Assembly: GCA_038231135.1 (NCBI GenBank)
Contig: JBBRLX010000005.1
Location: 1-64,000, forward strand
Reading direction: 5' to 3'
Source: Candidatus Eiseniibacteriota bacterium
GTDB taxonomy: Bacteria; Eisenbacteria; RBG-16-71-46
Length of the DNA: 64,000 nt
Part shown: one piece after another, positions 1 to 11,336 of the stretch
Position numbering within the stretch: position 1 is the stretch's first letter
Layout: each line of letters starts with the position of its first letter
The notes under the pieces: model-generated
Database searches by the model: none
Told to the model about the DNA's origin: nothing
The model's input: only the letters and a program-made list of their open reading frames with translations
Position numbers and translations under genes: made by a program

Positions 1-1185
1 GTCCGACGTGAGCGCCGGTACCTCGAGTTGCAGGTCCATGCGGTCGAGCACCGGCCCCGAGACCTTCGCAGCGTGCTGGGCATGCTCGGTCGGAGTGCAG
101 ACGCAGCCGCGCAGCGGGTGACCGAGCCAGCCGCACTTGCACGGGTTCATCGCGCCGATCACCAGCGAGCGTGCGGGGAAGCACGTCGTGCCCGAGGCGC
201 GGGCCAGCCACACGCGTCCGGTCTCGAGCGGATCGCGCAGCGTGTCGAGCAGCCCGCGCTGGAATTCCGCCAGCTCGTCGAGGAACAGCACGCCGAGATG
301 CGCGAGCGACAACTCGCCTGGCCGCGGGGGAGTGCCGCCGCCGATCAGGCCGGCGCGCGTCACCGAGGAGTGCGGCGAGCGAAACGGACGTTCGAGCATC
401 AGGCCGCTGCCGGCGGGCCTCAGGCCCGCGGCCGAATGGAGCCGGGTCACCACCAGCGACTCCTCCGCGTCGAGCGGCGGCAGCACGCCCGGCAGCTTCT
501 TCGCGAGCATGGATTTTCCCGAGCCCGGCGGTCCGACGAGCAGCAGGTGGTGGCCGCCGGCGGCGGCGATCTCGAGCGCGCGCCGCGCCATCGCCTGACC
601 GCGCACCTCGGACAGGTCGCCGCCCTCCATGGCGCGGAGGGGATCGGCGGGGCCGGGCCGCGCGCGTGGCAGGTCCTCGCCGCGCAACCATGTCACCGCC
701 TCGGCCAGGTTGGCGACGGCGTGCACGGTCAGGCCGCCGATCAGCGCGGCCTCGCCGGCGACCTCGGGCGCGCACAGCACGGTGGTGGTGCCGGCGCGCC
801 ATAGCGCCTCGGCCAGCGCGAGCGTGCCGCGTCCGCCGTACACGCGGCCGTCGAGCGCGAGCACGCCGATCGCCGCGGCGTTCGCGATGCGCTCGGGCGG
901 CGCCTGGGCGGTGGCGACGAGCACGCCCAGCGCCATCGCGAGGTCGGCGGAGGCGCCTTCCTTGCGGCGTTCGGAGGGCGCGAGGTTCACTGTCACGCGG
1001 CGGTCGGGGAGCTGGAAGCTGGAATTGCGGAACGCCGGCCAGATGCGCTCGCGGGCTTCCCGCGCGGTGGCGTCGGGATGGCCGACGACGACGAAGCCCG
1101 GCAGGCCCTGTCCGACGTCGACCTCGCAATCGACGGGGAACGCCTCGAGGCCCCACAACGCCGCGGTGCGGATGCGGGCGAGCAT
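1..1185 (-). CDS. comM: YifB/ComM family Mg-chelatase-like AAA+ ATPase (3' end outside window)
   Basis: Not in the ORF track; translated by hand from ATG at 1185: MLARIRTAALWGLEAFPVDCEVDVGQGLPGF...RVTVNLAPSERRKEG...; Walker A in ALEIAAAGGHHLLLVGPPGSGKSMLA. Confidence 0.92.
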   Translation of the reverse strand, partial: MLARIRTAALWGLEAFPVDCEVDVGQGLPGFVVVGHPDATAREARERIWPAFRNSSFQLPDRRVTVNLAPSERRKEGASADLAMALGVLVATAQAPPERIANAAAIGVLALDGRVYGGRGTLALAEALWRAGTTTVLCAPEVAGEAALIGGLTVHAVANLAEAVTWLRGEDLPRARPGPADPLRAMEGGDLSEVRGQAMARRALEIAAAGGHHLLLVGPPGSGKSMLAKKLPGVLPPLDAEESLVVTRLHSAAGLRPAGSGLMLERPFRSPHSSVTRAGLIGGGTPPRPGELSLAHLGVLFLDELAEFQRGLLDTLRDPLETGRVWLARASGTTCFPARSLVIGAMNPCKCGWLGHPLRGCVCTPTEHAQHAAKVSGPVLDRMDLQLEVPALTSD

Positions 1186-1222
1186 GCACGACTCCGCGGG
1201 GGCGGGTTGACGCGTTCGCATC

Positions 1223-1238
1223 TGGCACAAGGCGTGCC
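1223..1238. promoter_or_regulatory. Palindromic GGCAC-N5-GTGCC site, sigma54 -24/-12-like on both strands, upstream of comM
   Basis: TGGCACAAGGCGTGCC, about 40 nt upstream of the comM start. Confidence 0.4.
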
Positions 1239-1272
1239 CGACCACGTCACTCGCGCCCGCGGGCGCCGCGCG

Positions 1273-1881
1273 CTACAGATTCGTCATGACGTCGTGGGTG
1301 AGCTGCCACACGCGGTCCGCCGACAGCGGTTCGCCGCTGCGGACCAGCTTCACGCGCCCGTTGGAATCGAGCACCACGAATCCCGGAGACAGGTTGGCTC
1401 CGCGGCTGCCGCGCAGGCCGTACAGGGCTCCCACCTGGCCGGATACGTCCGTGAGCACGAGGAACGTCAGATTCTCGCGGTGGGCCTGCGTACGCACGTA
1501 GCGGGTCTTCTCGCGGCACACGGCGACGAGCTTGACGCCCATGCGCTGCATGTCGCTGTCGATCTTCGTGAGCTTGAGCAGCGGCGTCATGCGGTCGTTG
1601 AACACGAGCGCCACCCAGTCGCCACGCAGGCTCGACAGCCGGACGGGCTTGCCGGCCGACCCGTCCAGCTCGAAGTCGGGCGCCATCATCCCAACTTCGA
1701 TGTGGGCGGCGGGATCCGAGTCAGAGCCGGGAACGATCGCGGCGCCGGCGGGGACATCGCGTGGTGACGACGGAGTCGACGTCTTCGTCGTCTCCTGGGC
1801 CAGTGCCGCAGAAGCCAGACAACATGCGAACCATAGGGCGAACAGCGCCGCCCACAACCGAGTGCGCTCTCGAGGGTACAT
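1273..1881 (-). CDS. Exported AhpC/TSA (redoxin, thioredoxin-fold) protein lacking the catalytic Cys motif
   Basis: Signal peptide ending ALA-Q; VGMMAPDFEL..GKPVRLSSLRG.WVALVF, FLVLTD..GQVGALYG, FVVLDSNGRV are redoxin hallmarks. Confidence 0.75.
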   Translation of the reverse strand: MYPRERTRLWAALFALWFACCLASAALAQETTKTSTPSSPRDVPAGAAIVPGSDSDPAAHIEVGMMAPDFELDGSAGKPVRLSSLRGDWVALVFNDRMTPLLKLTKIDSDMQRMGVKLVAVCREKTRYVRTQAHRENLTFLVLTDVSGQVGALYGLRGSRGANLSPGFVVLDSNGRVKLVRSGEPLSADRVWQLTHDVMTNL

Positions 1882-1947
1882 CTCGCGCCTCCCGAAGGGT
1901 TGTTCAACGTGACAGATGCTGCCAGGACGTGGCTGAGGTGACCTCGA

Positions 1948-2958
1948 CTAGGGTGCGCGGTCGTAGCTCATCAACGACTCGACCGCATCGCGCAGTGCGC
2001 GCAGGTTGGCGGGGGGAGTTGTGGGGGAGATCGAACAGCCGGGCGCGGCCAGCCAGCGCCGGCCACCGGACTGTTCGGATGCGCGGCGCAGCTCGGCCAG
2101 CGGAACGGCAGTGTCGTCCGCGAGCAGTGCGCCATCCTGGTCGATGCCCCCCATCACGGCCTGCTTCGCATGTGTCCGGGCCTGGGCGAGCGTGGGGTTC
2201 GTGGGATCCGTCATGGCCCACGACAACGCCTGCACCGGGTAGTCGGCGAATTCGAGCAGCAGGTTGTTGCGTTTGCAGACGTGCAGCACGTTGAACGGTG
2301 CGCGGGCCGCCGTGTGGAGCACGCGCAGGTCGTAGGGCCGCGACCACTCGCGCAGCTCCGCTGCCGAGATGAAGTCGCGCATGCCCCAGTCCACGGTCGC
2401 GAAGAAGATGCCGTCCGCGCCGGCGTCGAGCACGGCGGGCACGAACTTCTCGAACGTGCGCGTCACCGCCTCGAGCGCACCGCGCACGCGGTCGGGGGAT
2501 TCGGTCATGTGAGCGCGCAGCGTCTGCGGCACGTCCACCATCTCGCCGAGCACGGCGAGCGGCGTGAACACCGTCTCGATGAGCGGCACGTCGGCGGGCA
2601 GGGCGCGGCGCAGCTGGCGCACGGCGTCGAGTTGCTCGGCGAACGCGCCGCGATCGGCCGGCTGTTCAGCGATGCGGCTCCAGTCGGCGGCGGTTTTCAC
2701 CGGCCACGACTCGAGCACCGGTTTCTGATTCGGGACGCCGGAATACCGGTACGTCACGCCCCACGGCTCGACGTGATAGTGCTTCCGCGGGTTGAGCTTG
2801 ATCCAATCCCATTGGTATTCGCGCTGGAACTCGAGCGTGGCCTGGACCAGCGCGTCGGCGGTCGATTCGCGGTGGTAGAAGTGGCCCCAGAACGAGATCG
2901 GTGGCCGGTCGAGCGGGCGGCCTTCGAGCGCTGCGATCACCCGCTCACGCGAAGTCAT
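1948..2958 (-). CDS. Uroporphyrinogen decarboxylase superfamily protein (MtaA/CmuA-like)
   Basis: MTSRERVIAALEG..DRPP start, AGADGIFF, LHVC, MGGID, APGCS; GGAGGG RBS before ATG 2958. Confidence 0.8.
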   Translation of the reverse strand: MTSRERVIAALEGRPLDRPPISFWGHFYHRESTADALVQATLEFQREYQWDWIKLNPRKHYHVEPWGVTYRYSGVPNQKPVLESWPVKTAADWSRIAEQPADRGAFAEQLDAVRQLRRALPADVPLIETVFTPLAVLGEMVDVPQTLRAHMTESPDRVRGALEAVTRTFEKFVPAVLDAGADGIFFATVDWGMRDFISAAELREWSRPYDLRVLHTAARAPFNVLHVCKRNNLLLEFADYPVQALSWAMTDPTNPTLAQARTHAKQAVMGGIDQDGALLADDTAVPLAELRRASEQSGGRRWLAAPGCSISPTTPPANLRALRDAVESLMSYDRAP

Positions 2959-3140
2959 CATCGACCCTCCGGCCATGGGACGGTTCGAGCGCCGTGGTGC
3001 GCGAGTCTCGCGGAGCCGGGCGCCGAACATCGGGCATTGACTGTAGACCCGGGTCCCGGCGGGTACAAGAGGGAGCCTCCGTACGGCGCGATTGCGGCCT
3101 CCGGACCGCGTTCAGGAATCGTGAGATCTGGCCGCCGGTC

Positions 3141-3175
3141 TTGCATCCCGAACACCCGGAACGTAGCGTCAGGAC
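3141..3175 (+). promoter_or_regulatory. sigma70-type promoter, probably leaderless
   Basis: TTGCAT(3141-3146)-N17-TAGCGT(3164-3169)-N6-ATG(3176). Confidence 0.6.
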
Positions 3176-3742
3176 ATGCGTTCGCACGTCATGGCGTCCT
3201 GGCTGCTCATCCTGCTCGCAGTGCTCGCGTCCTGTGGTCACAGGCGCCAGGACTCCGAGGCCAACGTGCCGCTGCGCGTCGAGGTCCGTGCCGATTCGGG
3301 CGGTGCACAGCGGATGCGCGTGGGCGCGCCGCCTCGTGCGCGCATCTGGGTGGCCAGCGTGGCGCCGGTGCGATCGTCGCCGATGGAGGCCGATCTTCCC
3401 GAGGCGGCGCAGGATTCGGTGCTGCCGTCCGCTCCGTCACCGCCGATGCTCGAGATCGACGACGATCTCAAGGCGCCGATCCTCAAGAGCGGCACGGTCC
3501 TCGTCGTGCCGGCCCGCTACAGCCACAGCCGGACCGTGGAATCCGTCGAGCTCGACGTGCGCGTCGACGAAGTGGGCGAGGTGACGGATGCTCTCTGGGC
3601 GGGCGGATCGAACTCGACGGATCTGGTGCAGGCCGCGACCGAATGCGCGCTCCGGATGCGATTCTTCCCGGCACTCCAGGCCGGGCAGCCGCTGCCCGTG
3701 TGGTGCCGCCAGCGGTTCGACTTCGGCGGCTCGGCGCGTTGA
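3176..3742 (+). CDS. Lipoprotein with TonB C-terminal-like domain
   Basis: Lipobox LASC; Pro-rich linker; VELDVRVDEVGEVTD...LVQAA.ECALRMRFFPA...GQPLPVW....FDF. Confidence 0.7.
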   Translation: MRSHVMASWLLILLAVLASCGHRRQDSEANVPLRVEVRADSGGAQRMRVGAPPRARIWVASVAPVRSSPMEADLPEAAQDSVLPSAPSPPMLEIDDDLKAPILKSGTVLVVPARYSHSRTVESVELDVRVDEVGEVTDALWAGGSNSTDLVQAATECALRMRFFPALQAGQPLPVWCRQRFDFGGSAR

Positions 3743-3749
3743 CGTCCTG

Positions 3750-4646
3750 TTAGTCCACGCGTGACCACACCTGGCGGGTGCGGGTCACCGCGAAGCCTTC
3801 CGAGCGGTAGAGGTCGAGCGCCGACTCGTTCTCGCCGTCCACGAGCAGTGTGATGCGGGGCGCATTCTGCGCCTGCAGCCACGCCACTCCCCAGCGCAGC
3901 AGCGCGCGCCCGAGACCGATGCGCCGCGCGGCCGTCACCGTACCCACGACCGCGATCTCGCCGCGCTGGGGCCGCAGCTCGTTGCGGCAGAAGCCCACGC
4001 ACGCGCCGTCGCGATAGGCCAGCGCCAGTCCGTCCGGCCGGAACCCCGGGAGCGCGGCCAGCGCCCGGTTGTCCTCGGGGCGCGTGCGCACGAAGTGATA
4101 GTGCTTCGCAAACGAATCGTTGTAGGCATCGTTCCAGTCGTGCAGCGCCTGCTCGGTGCCGTCGAACACCCGCAGTTCGATGCCGTCGGGCATGCGATGG
4201 CCCGGCGCCGTTCCGCGCGGGCGCTCCATCATCCAGAAATACCGGGCGTGGCGGAATCCGTTGTGCCCGGCCAGACCCTGCGCCCCCGCGTTCGGGATCC
4301 AGGCGTTGAGCGACAACTCGTGGACCGGAGCTGCCTGCGCCTTCAGCGCCGCGATCGCGCCCGTCAGCAGCCGGGTGCCGATGCCGCGGCGACGATGCGA
4401 CTCGATCACCCCGAGCCGCACCGCGGCGAACGGCGCGGGCGTGCTGGGCAGCACGTACACCAGCGCGAATCCGACCGGGGTGCCCTGATCGCGCGCGATC
4501 CACGTCAGCTCGCGCGGATGGAACGGATCGTCGCACGCGGTCTGCACCCGGCCCTGCCAGACTTCGAACTCGTCGGCCAGCGATGGATGCTCGACGACCG
4601 TGGTGAGCGCCGCGACATCCAGGTCCGGCGCGATCGTGGCCGTCAT
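3750..4646 (-). CDS. Tandem GNAT acetyltransferase (MshD-like architecture)
   Basis: Two acetyl-CoA motifs (HRRRGIGTRLL, ARRIGLGRALL) and N..ALDLYRSEGF; GAGGA RBS before ATG 4646. Confidence 0.8.
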   Translation of the reverse strand: MTATIAPDLDVAALTTVVEHPSLADEFEVWQGRVQTACDDPFHPRELTWIARDQGTPVGFALVYVLPSTPAPFAAVRLGVIESHRRRGIGTRLLTGAIAALKAQAAPVHELSLNAWIPNAGAQGLAGHNGFRHARYFWMMERPRGTAPGHRMPDGIELRVFDGTEQALHDWNDAYNDSFAKHYHFVRTRPEDNRALAALPGFRPDGLALAYRDGACVGFCRNELRPQRGEIAVVGTVTAARRIGLGRALLRWGVAWLQAQNAPRITLLVDGENESALDLYRSEGFAVTRTRQVWSRVD

Positions 4647-4704
4647 GAATTCCTCAGGGGGTCCTTGCGAGTGGCCGGTTGCGGCCGCAGGATGCCACGC
4701 TGCG

Positions 4705-4739
4705 TTGACCGCCCACAACCGCGGATGTAGCGTCCGCGC
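4705..4739 (+). promoter_or_regulatory. sigma70-type promoter, probably leaderless
   Basis: TTGACC(4705-4710)-N17-TAGCGT(4728-4733)-N6-ATG(4740). Confidence 0.6.
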
Positions 4740-5807
4740 ATGGCCACGAACTCCACGCCGCGCGCGGGCGGCGCGGCCGAACCTCCCCTCGCCCCGGTGC
4801 CCGTCATGACCCCCTGGACCCCGTTCGACCGCGCGCGCATGACCGAAATCGTCGGGCGGTTCGCGGGCCGGCGCGTGGCGGTGCTCGGCGACGTGATGCT
4901 CGACCACTATCTATGGGGGCGCGTCGAGCGCATCTCACCCGAAGCTCCGGTGCCGGTCGTGGAGGTCGAGCGCGAGACCTGGTCGCTCGGCGGCGCCGGC
5001 AACGTGGCGGCGAATCTGCGGTCGCTCGGCGGCCACCCGGTGCTGTTCGGCGTGGCGGGCGCCGACGAGTCCGGCGGCGCGCTGCGGGCGGAGCTTGAAC
5101 GCCGCGCCGTGGACGTCGCCACGCTGGTCGAGGATGCCGGCCGCCCCACCACCGTCAAGACCCGCATCATCGCGCATTCCCAGCAGGTGGTGCGCGCCGA
5201 TCGCGAGTCGCGGGCCGACGTCGCGGGCGCGGGTCTCGCCCGGCTCACGGCGGCGATCGAGCGCGAGCTACCGCGCTGCGAGGCGCTGATCATCAGCGAC
5301 TATGGCAAGGGCGTGATCCATCCGGGCACACTCGAGATCGCGCTCGCGCTCGCGCGCGGCGCGGGAATTCCGGTGTGCGTGGATCCCAAGGAGAGCCACA
5401 TCGATTCCTACCGCGGGGTGAGCATCCTGACGCCGAATCAGCACGAGGCGGGCTGGGTGCAGGGCCGGCGCATCGTCGACGATGCCAGCCTGCTCGAGGT
5501 CGGCTGGGGGCTGCAGCACAGGCTCGACGCCGAAGCCGTGCTGGTGACGCGTGGCGCCGACGGCATGAGCCTGTTCGAGCGCGGCGGCCGGTACACGCAC
5601 CTCGGCACCGCCGCGCGCGAGGTCTACGACGTCACCGGCGCGGGCGACACGGTGGTGAGCGTGGTCGCGATCGCGCTCGCGGCGGGCGCCGACTACCCGG
5701 CCGCCTGTCAGCTCGCGAACCATGCGGCGGGCGTGGTGATCCGCGAGGTGGGCACCGCCACCTGCACGGTCCCGGTGCTGCTGGCGTCGCTCGACGCGAG
5801 CGCGTGA
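4740..5807 (+). CDS. rfaE1: D-glycero-beta-D-manno-heptose-7-phosphate kinase (HldE kinase domain)
   Basis: [46 protein letters not shown]. Confidence 0.93.
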   Translation: MATNSTPRAGGAAEPPLAPVPVMTPWTPFDRARMTEIVGRFAGRRVAVLGDVMLDHYLWGRVERISPEAPVPVVEVERETWSLGGAGNVAANLRSLGGHPVLFGVAGADESGGALRAELERRAVDVATLVEDAGRPTTVKTRIIAHSQQVVRADRESRADVAGAGLARLTAAIERELPRCEALIISDYGKGVIHPGTLEIALALARGAGIPVCVDPKESHIDSYRGVSILTPNQHEAGWVQGRRIVDDASLLEVGWGLQHRLDAEAVLVTRGADGMSLFERGGRYTHLGTAAREVYDVTGAGDTVVSVVAIALAAGADYPAACQLANHAAGVVIREVGTATCTVPVLLASLDASA

Positions 5808-6295
5808 CCGGCGGCGTGCCCGGGCCAAGGGTGCGTGACGCGCTCGCCGGCTGGCGGGCGGCGGGCGAACGCATTGTGTTCACGAACGGGGTGTTCGACC
5901 TGCTGCACCTGGGCCATGTCGAATACCTCGAGGACGCGCGTGCGCTCGGCGACCGGCTGGTGGTCGGCGTCAACTCCGACGCGTCGGTCCGGCGCCTCAA
6001 GGGGCCCGAGCGCCCGCTGGTGCCGGCTGCCGAGCGCGCGGAGCTGCTCGAGGCGCTCGACTGCGTGGACCTGGCGGAGATCTTCGAGGACGACACGCCG
6101 CTCGCGCTGATCGAAGCGATCGTTCCCGACGTGCTCGCCAAGGGCGGCGACTGGGAGCTCGACCGCATCGTCGGCCGCGAGTTCGTGGAATCCCGCGGCG
6201 GACGCGTGGTGAGCGTCCCGCTGCGCGACGGCGTCAGCACCACGCGGCTGATCGAGCAGATCGTGGCGGGACGGAGCGCCGCCGACCGCGCTTGA
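5804..6295 (+). CDS. rfaE2: D-glycero-beta-D-manno-heptose-1-phosphate adenylyltransferase
   Basis: [44 protein letters not shown] overlap with rfaE1. Confidence 0.93.
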   Translation: MTGGVPGPRVRDALAGWRAAGERIVFTNGVFDLLHLGHVEYLEDARALGDRLVVGVNSDASVRRLKGPERPLVPAAERAELLEALDCVDLAEIFEDDTPLALIEAIVPDVLAKGGDWELDRIVGREFVESRGGRVVSVPLRDGVSTTRLIEQIVAGRSAADRA

Positions 6296-6499
6296 TTCCG
6301 CTTCGCCCCGCCGATTAAGGTACTTCGTCCCTTTTCCTGCCGGGCCGCAACGCCCGGCCGCGCGCCGGACGCACGATCGCCGCGATCCGGCGACCGCCCG
6401 GCTCGTTCCAGGCAGCGGTAACGGGACACCACTCACGATGCACCCGCCTGCTCGGTATGGTTCGCATCCGACCTCGCGCGGCCGCCCGCGGAGACTTCG

Positions 6500-7984
6500 A
6501 TGTCCGAGAACTTCATGAATTGGATCGGGGGCCACTGGGTCCCCGCACGTTCGGGCCGTACGTTTCCCAATCACAATCCGGCGACCGGCGAGGAGATCGG
6601 CAGGTTCCCGGCCTCCGACGCCGCGGATGTCGCCGCCGCCGTCGCGGCGGCCCAGGCGGCCAAACGCGCGTGGCAGCTCACGCCCGCGCCCAAGCGCGCG
6701 GAGCTGCTGTTCCGGCTGGGTGGGCTGCTCGCCGCCCAAAAGGAACCGCTGGCCCGCGCCGCGACCCGCGAGATGGGCAAGATCCTGATCGAGACCCGCG
6801 GCGACGTTCAGGAAGGTATCGACATGGCGTTCCTCGCCGGGGGCGAGGGACGCCGGATGTACGGCGTCACCACGCCCAGCGAGATGCCGAACAAGTGGGC
6901 GATGTCGGTGCGTGCGCCGGTCGGCGTGGTCGGAGTGATCACGGCCTGGAACTTCCCGCTCGCCGTGCCCACCTGGAAGATCTTCCCGGCACTCGTCGCC
7001 GGCAACACCGTGGTGTTCAAGCCCTCGGAGCTCGCGCCCGAGACCGGCGTGAACCTGGCGCGGCTGCTGGAGGAGGCGGGACTGCCGCCCGGCGTGCTGA
7101 ACCTGGTGCACGGTGACGGTGCCGGCTGCGGCACGCCGCTCGTGCAGCACCCGGGCATCGATCTGGTGTCGTTCACGGGCTCGAACCCCGTCGGCACGTG
7201 GATCGCCGAGCAGTGCGCCCGGCTCGGCAAGCGCGTGTCGCTCGAGATGGGCGGCAAGAACGCGGTGATCGTGATGGATGACGCCGACCTGGAGCTGGCG
7301 GCCGATGCGCTGGCGTGGAGCGCGTTCGGCACCACCGGCCAGCGCTGCACCGCGTGCAGCCGGGCGATCGTCCACGACCGCGTGCACGACACCATGCTCC
7401 AGCTCGTGGTGCAGCGCGCGAACGCGATCAAGCTCGGCGACGGGCTCGACCCCGCGACCCAGATGGGCCCGGTCGTGAGCGAGCGGCAGCTCGAGCGCGT
7501 GCACGAATACGTGAGAGTCGGATCCGGCGAGGGCGCGAAGGTGGCGGTGGGCGGCGAGCGGGCGCGCGAGGGCGCACTGGCGCACGGCTCGTTCTACCGG
7601 CCGACCGTGCTCGCGGGCGTCGCGCCCGGCATGCGGGTGGCGCAGGAGGAGATCTTCGGCCCGGTGCTGTCGTTCCTGAGCGTGGGATCGCTGGAGCAGG
7701 CGATCGAAGTCAACAATCGCACGCCCTACGGACTGTCGTCCTCGATCTTCACAGCCGACGTGAACTCGGCGTTTCGCGCCATGCGGGATCTCGAGACCGG
7801 CATCGTCTACGTGAACCATGGAACCACGGGGGCCGAGACGCACCTGCCGTTCGGCGGCGTGCGGGGCACCGGGAACGGTCACCGCGAGGCCGGCCACACC
7901 ATGCTGGACGCATTCACCGAGTGGAAGAGCATCTACGTCGATTTCAGCGGCCGGCTGCAGCGCGCCCAGATCGACAACGCCTGA
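6500..7984 (+). CDS. Aldehyde dehydrogenase family protein
   Basis: ITAWNFP, FTGS, LEMGGKN, GQRCTA (catalytic Cys), EEIFGP, PFGG. Confidence 0.93.
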   Translation: MSENFMNWIGGHWVPARSGRTFPNHNPATGEEIGRFPASDAADVAAAVAAAQAAKRAWQLTPAPKRAELLFRLGGLLAAQKEPLARAATREMGKILIETRGDVQEGIDMAFLAGGEGRRMYGVTTPSEMPNKWAMSVRAPVGVVGVITAWNFPLAVPTWKIFPALVAGNTVVFKPSELAPETGVNLARLLEEAGLPPGVLNLVHGDGAGCGTPLVQHPGIDLVSFTGSNPVGTWIAEQCARLGKRVSLEMGGKNAVIVMDDADLELAADALAWSAFGTTGQRCTACSRAIVHDRVHDTMLQLVVQRANAIKLGDGLDPATQMGPVVSERQLERVHEYVRVGSGEGAKVAVGGERAREGALAHGSFYRPTVLAGVAPGMRVAQEEIFGPVLSFLSVGSLEQAIEVNNRTPYGLSSSIFTADVNSAFRAMRDLETGIVYVNHGTTGAETHLPFGGVRGTGNGHREAGHTMLDAFTEWKSIYVDFSGRLQRAQIDNA

Positions 7985-8045
7985 TGGCGGCCAGCATGGC
8001 GCGAACCGGAACGGCCACGGCGCCGAGCGGCGCTAAGGAGACGCG

Positions 8046-9181
8046 ATGAACCTGCACGAATACCAGGCCAAGGACCTGTTCGCCCGCTATGGCCTCCCGG
8101 TGCTGCCGGGGCAGGTGGCGAGCACGCCGGAAGAGGCGCGGTCGATCGCCGCCTCGATCGGCGGCACCGTGGTGATCAAGGCGCAGGTGCAGGTCGGCGG
8201 CCGCGGCAAGGCCGGCGGCGTCAAGCTGGCGCAGTCGCCGGGCGAGGCCTACGACAAGGCGCGCGACATCCTGGGGCTCACCATCAAGGGGCTGCCGGTG
8301 CGCAAGGTGCTGGTCGCGCAGGCCGCCGACATCGCGGCCGAGTTGTACCTGTCGATCGTGCTCGATCGCGCGAGCAAGCTGCCGCTGATCATGCTGTCGG
8401 CGGAGGGTGGCGTGGACATCGAGGAGGTCGCGCGGGTCGCGCCCGGGAAGATCATCCGCCGCCACATTCCGCTCGCCGGCATTCGTTCGTACGAGGCACG
8501 CGCGCTGTTCAAGCCGCTGATGAAGGACCCCAGGGCCGCGTCGCAGGCGGCCGACATCCTGCTCAAGCTGTGGCGCGCGTACACGGACGGCGATTGCACG
8601 CTCGCCGAGATCAATCCGCTCGCGATCACCCCCGAGGGCCGGGTGATCGCGCTCGACGCCAAGGTGATCCTCGACGACAACGCCGAGTTCCGGCACCGCG
8701 AGTGGGACACCTGGCGCGACCCGGACGACGAGACCCCGGGCGCGCGGCTCGCGCGCGAGAAGGGCCTGTCGTACGTGAAGCTCGACGGCGACATCGGCTG
8801 CGTCGTGAACGGCGCGGGCCTCGCGATGGCCACGATGGACCTGGTCAAGCACTATGGCGGCGAGCCCGCGAACTTCCTCGATATCGGCGGCTCGTCGAAT
8901 CCCGAGAAGGTGACGGCGGCGTTCCGCATCATCACCGGGGACTCGCACGTGCGCGCGATCCTGTTCAACATCTTCGGGGGCATCACCCGCTGCGACGACG
9001 TCGCGAACGGCATCGTGCAGTCGCTGCGCGAGACGCCGCTCGAGGTGCCGCTGGTGATCCGGCTCACCGGCACGAACGAGGAGCTGGCGCGGAAGATCCT
9101 GGCGGATCACGGGCTCGGCGCCACGACCAGCATGGACGAAGCGGTGCGCATGGTGATCGAAAAGGCGCAGGAGGTGACGGC

Positions 9182-9185
<4 letters not shown>
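8046..9185 (+). CDS. sucC: Succinyl-CoA ligase beta subunit
   Basis: [39 protein letters not shown]. Confidence 0.97.
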
Positions 9186-10492
<1,307 letters not shown>

Positions 10493-10565
10493 CCGATCAT
10501 GTATCCTGTCCGCCGGCAGCGCATCCGCTCGGGATTCGCGCCGGTAACGCTCAAGGAGGACTGAA

Positions 10566-10988
10566 GTGTCGCTGGAACGCACGCTGTTCATCGTCAAACC
10601 GGATGCCGTCGGTAGGAACCTGATCGGAAAGATCCTCGCCCACGTGGAGCACGACGGGTTTCGCATCGTCGAAGCGCGGCTCGCGCAGCTCACCCGCGAG
10701 CAGTGCCAGGAGTTCTATTCCGAGCACCTGGGCAAGCCGTTCTTCAACGATCTCGTGGGCTACATGACCTCGGGGCCGGTGATGCTCACGTGTCTCGAGC
10801 GCGACCAGGCGATCACGCGGCTGCGCGAAGTCGTGGGCGCCACCGATCCCGCCCAGGCGGCCCCGGGCACGATTCGCAAGCTGTACGGCGAGAGCAAGCA
10901 GGCGAATTCCGTACATGCCTCGGATAGTTCCGCCAGCTCGGAGCGCGAAGTAAAGCTGTTTTTCGGAGTGGCGGCGCTGTCGCGCTAG
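10566..10988 (+). CDS. ndk: Nucleoside diphosphate kinase
   Basis: [39 protein letters not shown]. Confidence 0.96.
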   Translation: MSLERTLFIVKPDAVGRNLIGKILAHVEHDGFRIVEARLAQLTREQCQEFYSEHLGKPFFNDLVGYMTSGPVMLTCLERDQAITRLREVVGATDPAQAAPGTIRKLYGESKQANSVHASDSSASSEREVKLFFGVAALSR

Positions 10989-11336
10989 AACACCCAAGTT
11001 CGGGTCTCGACGATCCTCGAACGAAGTGCGCCCGGAATTTGTGTGACGAATCGCTACGATGTTTAGTTCCGGGTGTTCGCACCGGCCGTTGGGGGTCGCA
11101 TATCGGGGATTCCTGACGATTTTCGTCGCTGCCGGGCGCGCCATTCCCTAATATTAGAGAAGATGGCCTTGCTGCGTAGTCTCTCTCATCGGGTGTTCTC
11201 CCCGGCCTCGATCCCGTTCCTTGCGGGGATCTCCGCGCGCCTGCGTTCCGGCGCCGCCGCCGATACCGCCATGGCCTCCATTCGGGGACCCGGCGGCGAC
11301 GGGCTCGACACCGCCTACTCGCTGGGGTCCCGCGAG

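Noticed and set aside
1570..1620. Selenocysteine at the redoxin active site
   Set aside because: The frame is open with no TGA here; the motif is simply absent
8570..9181. N-terminal extension of the 640-aa SucD ORF (likewise the ORF-track extensions of rfaE2, fabD, acpP, HtrA and lptG)
   Set aside because: They overlap upstream genes; the real starts are at coupled GTG/ATG codons
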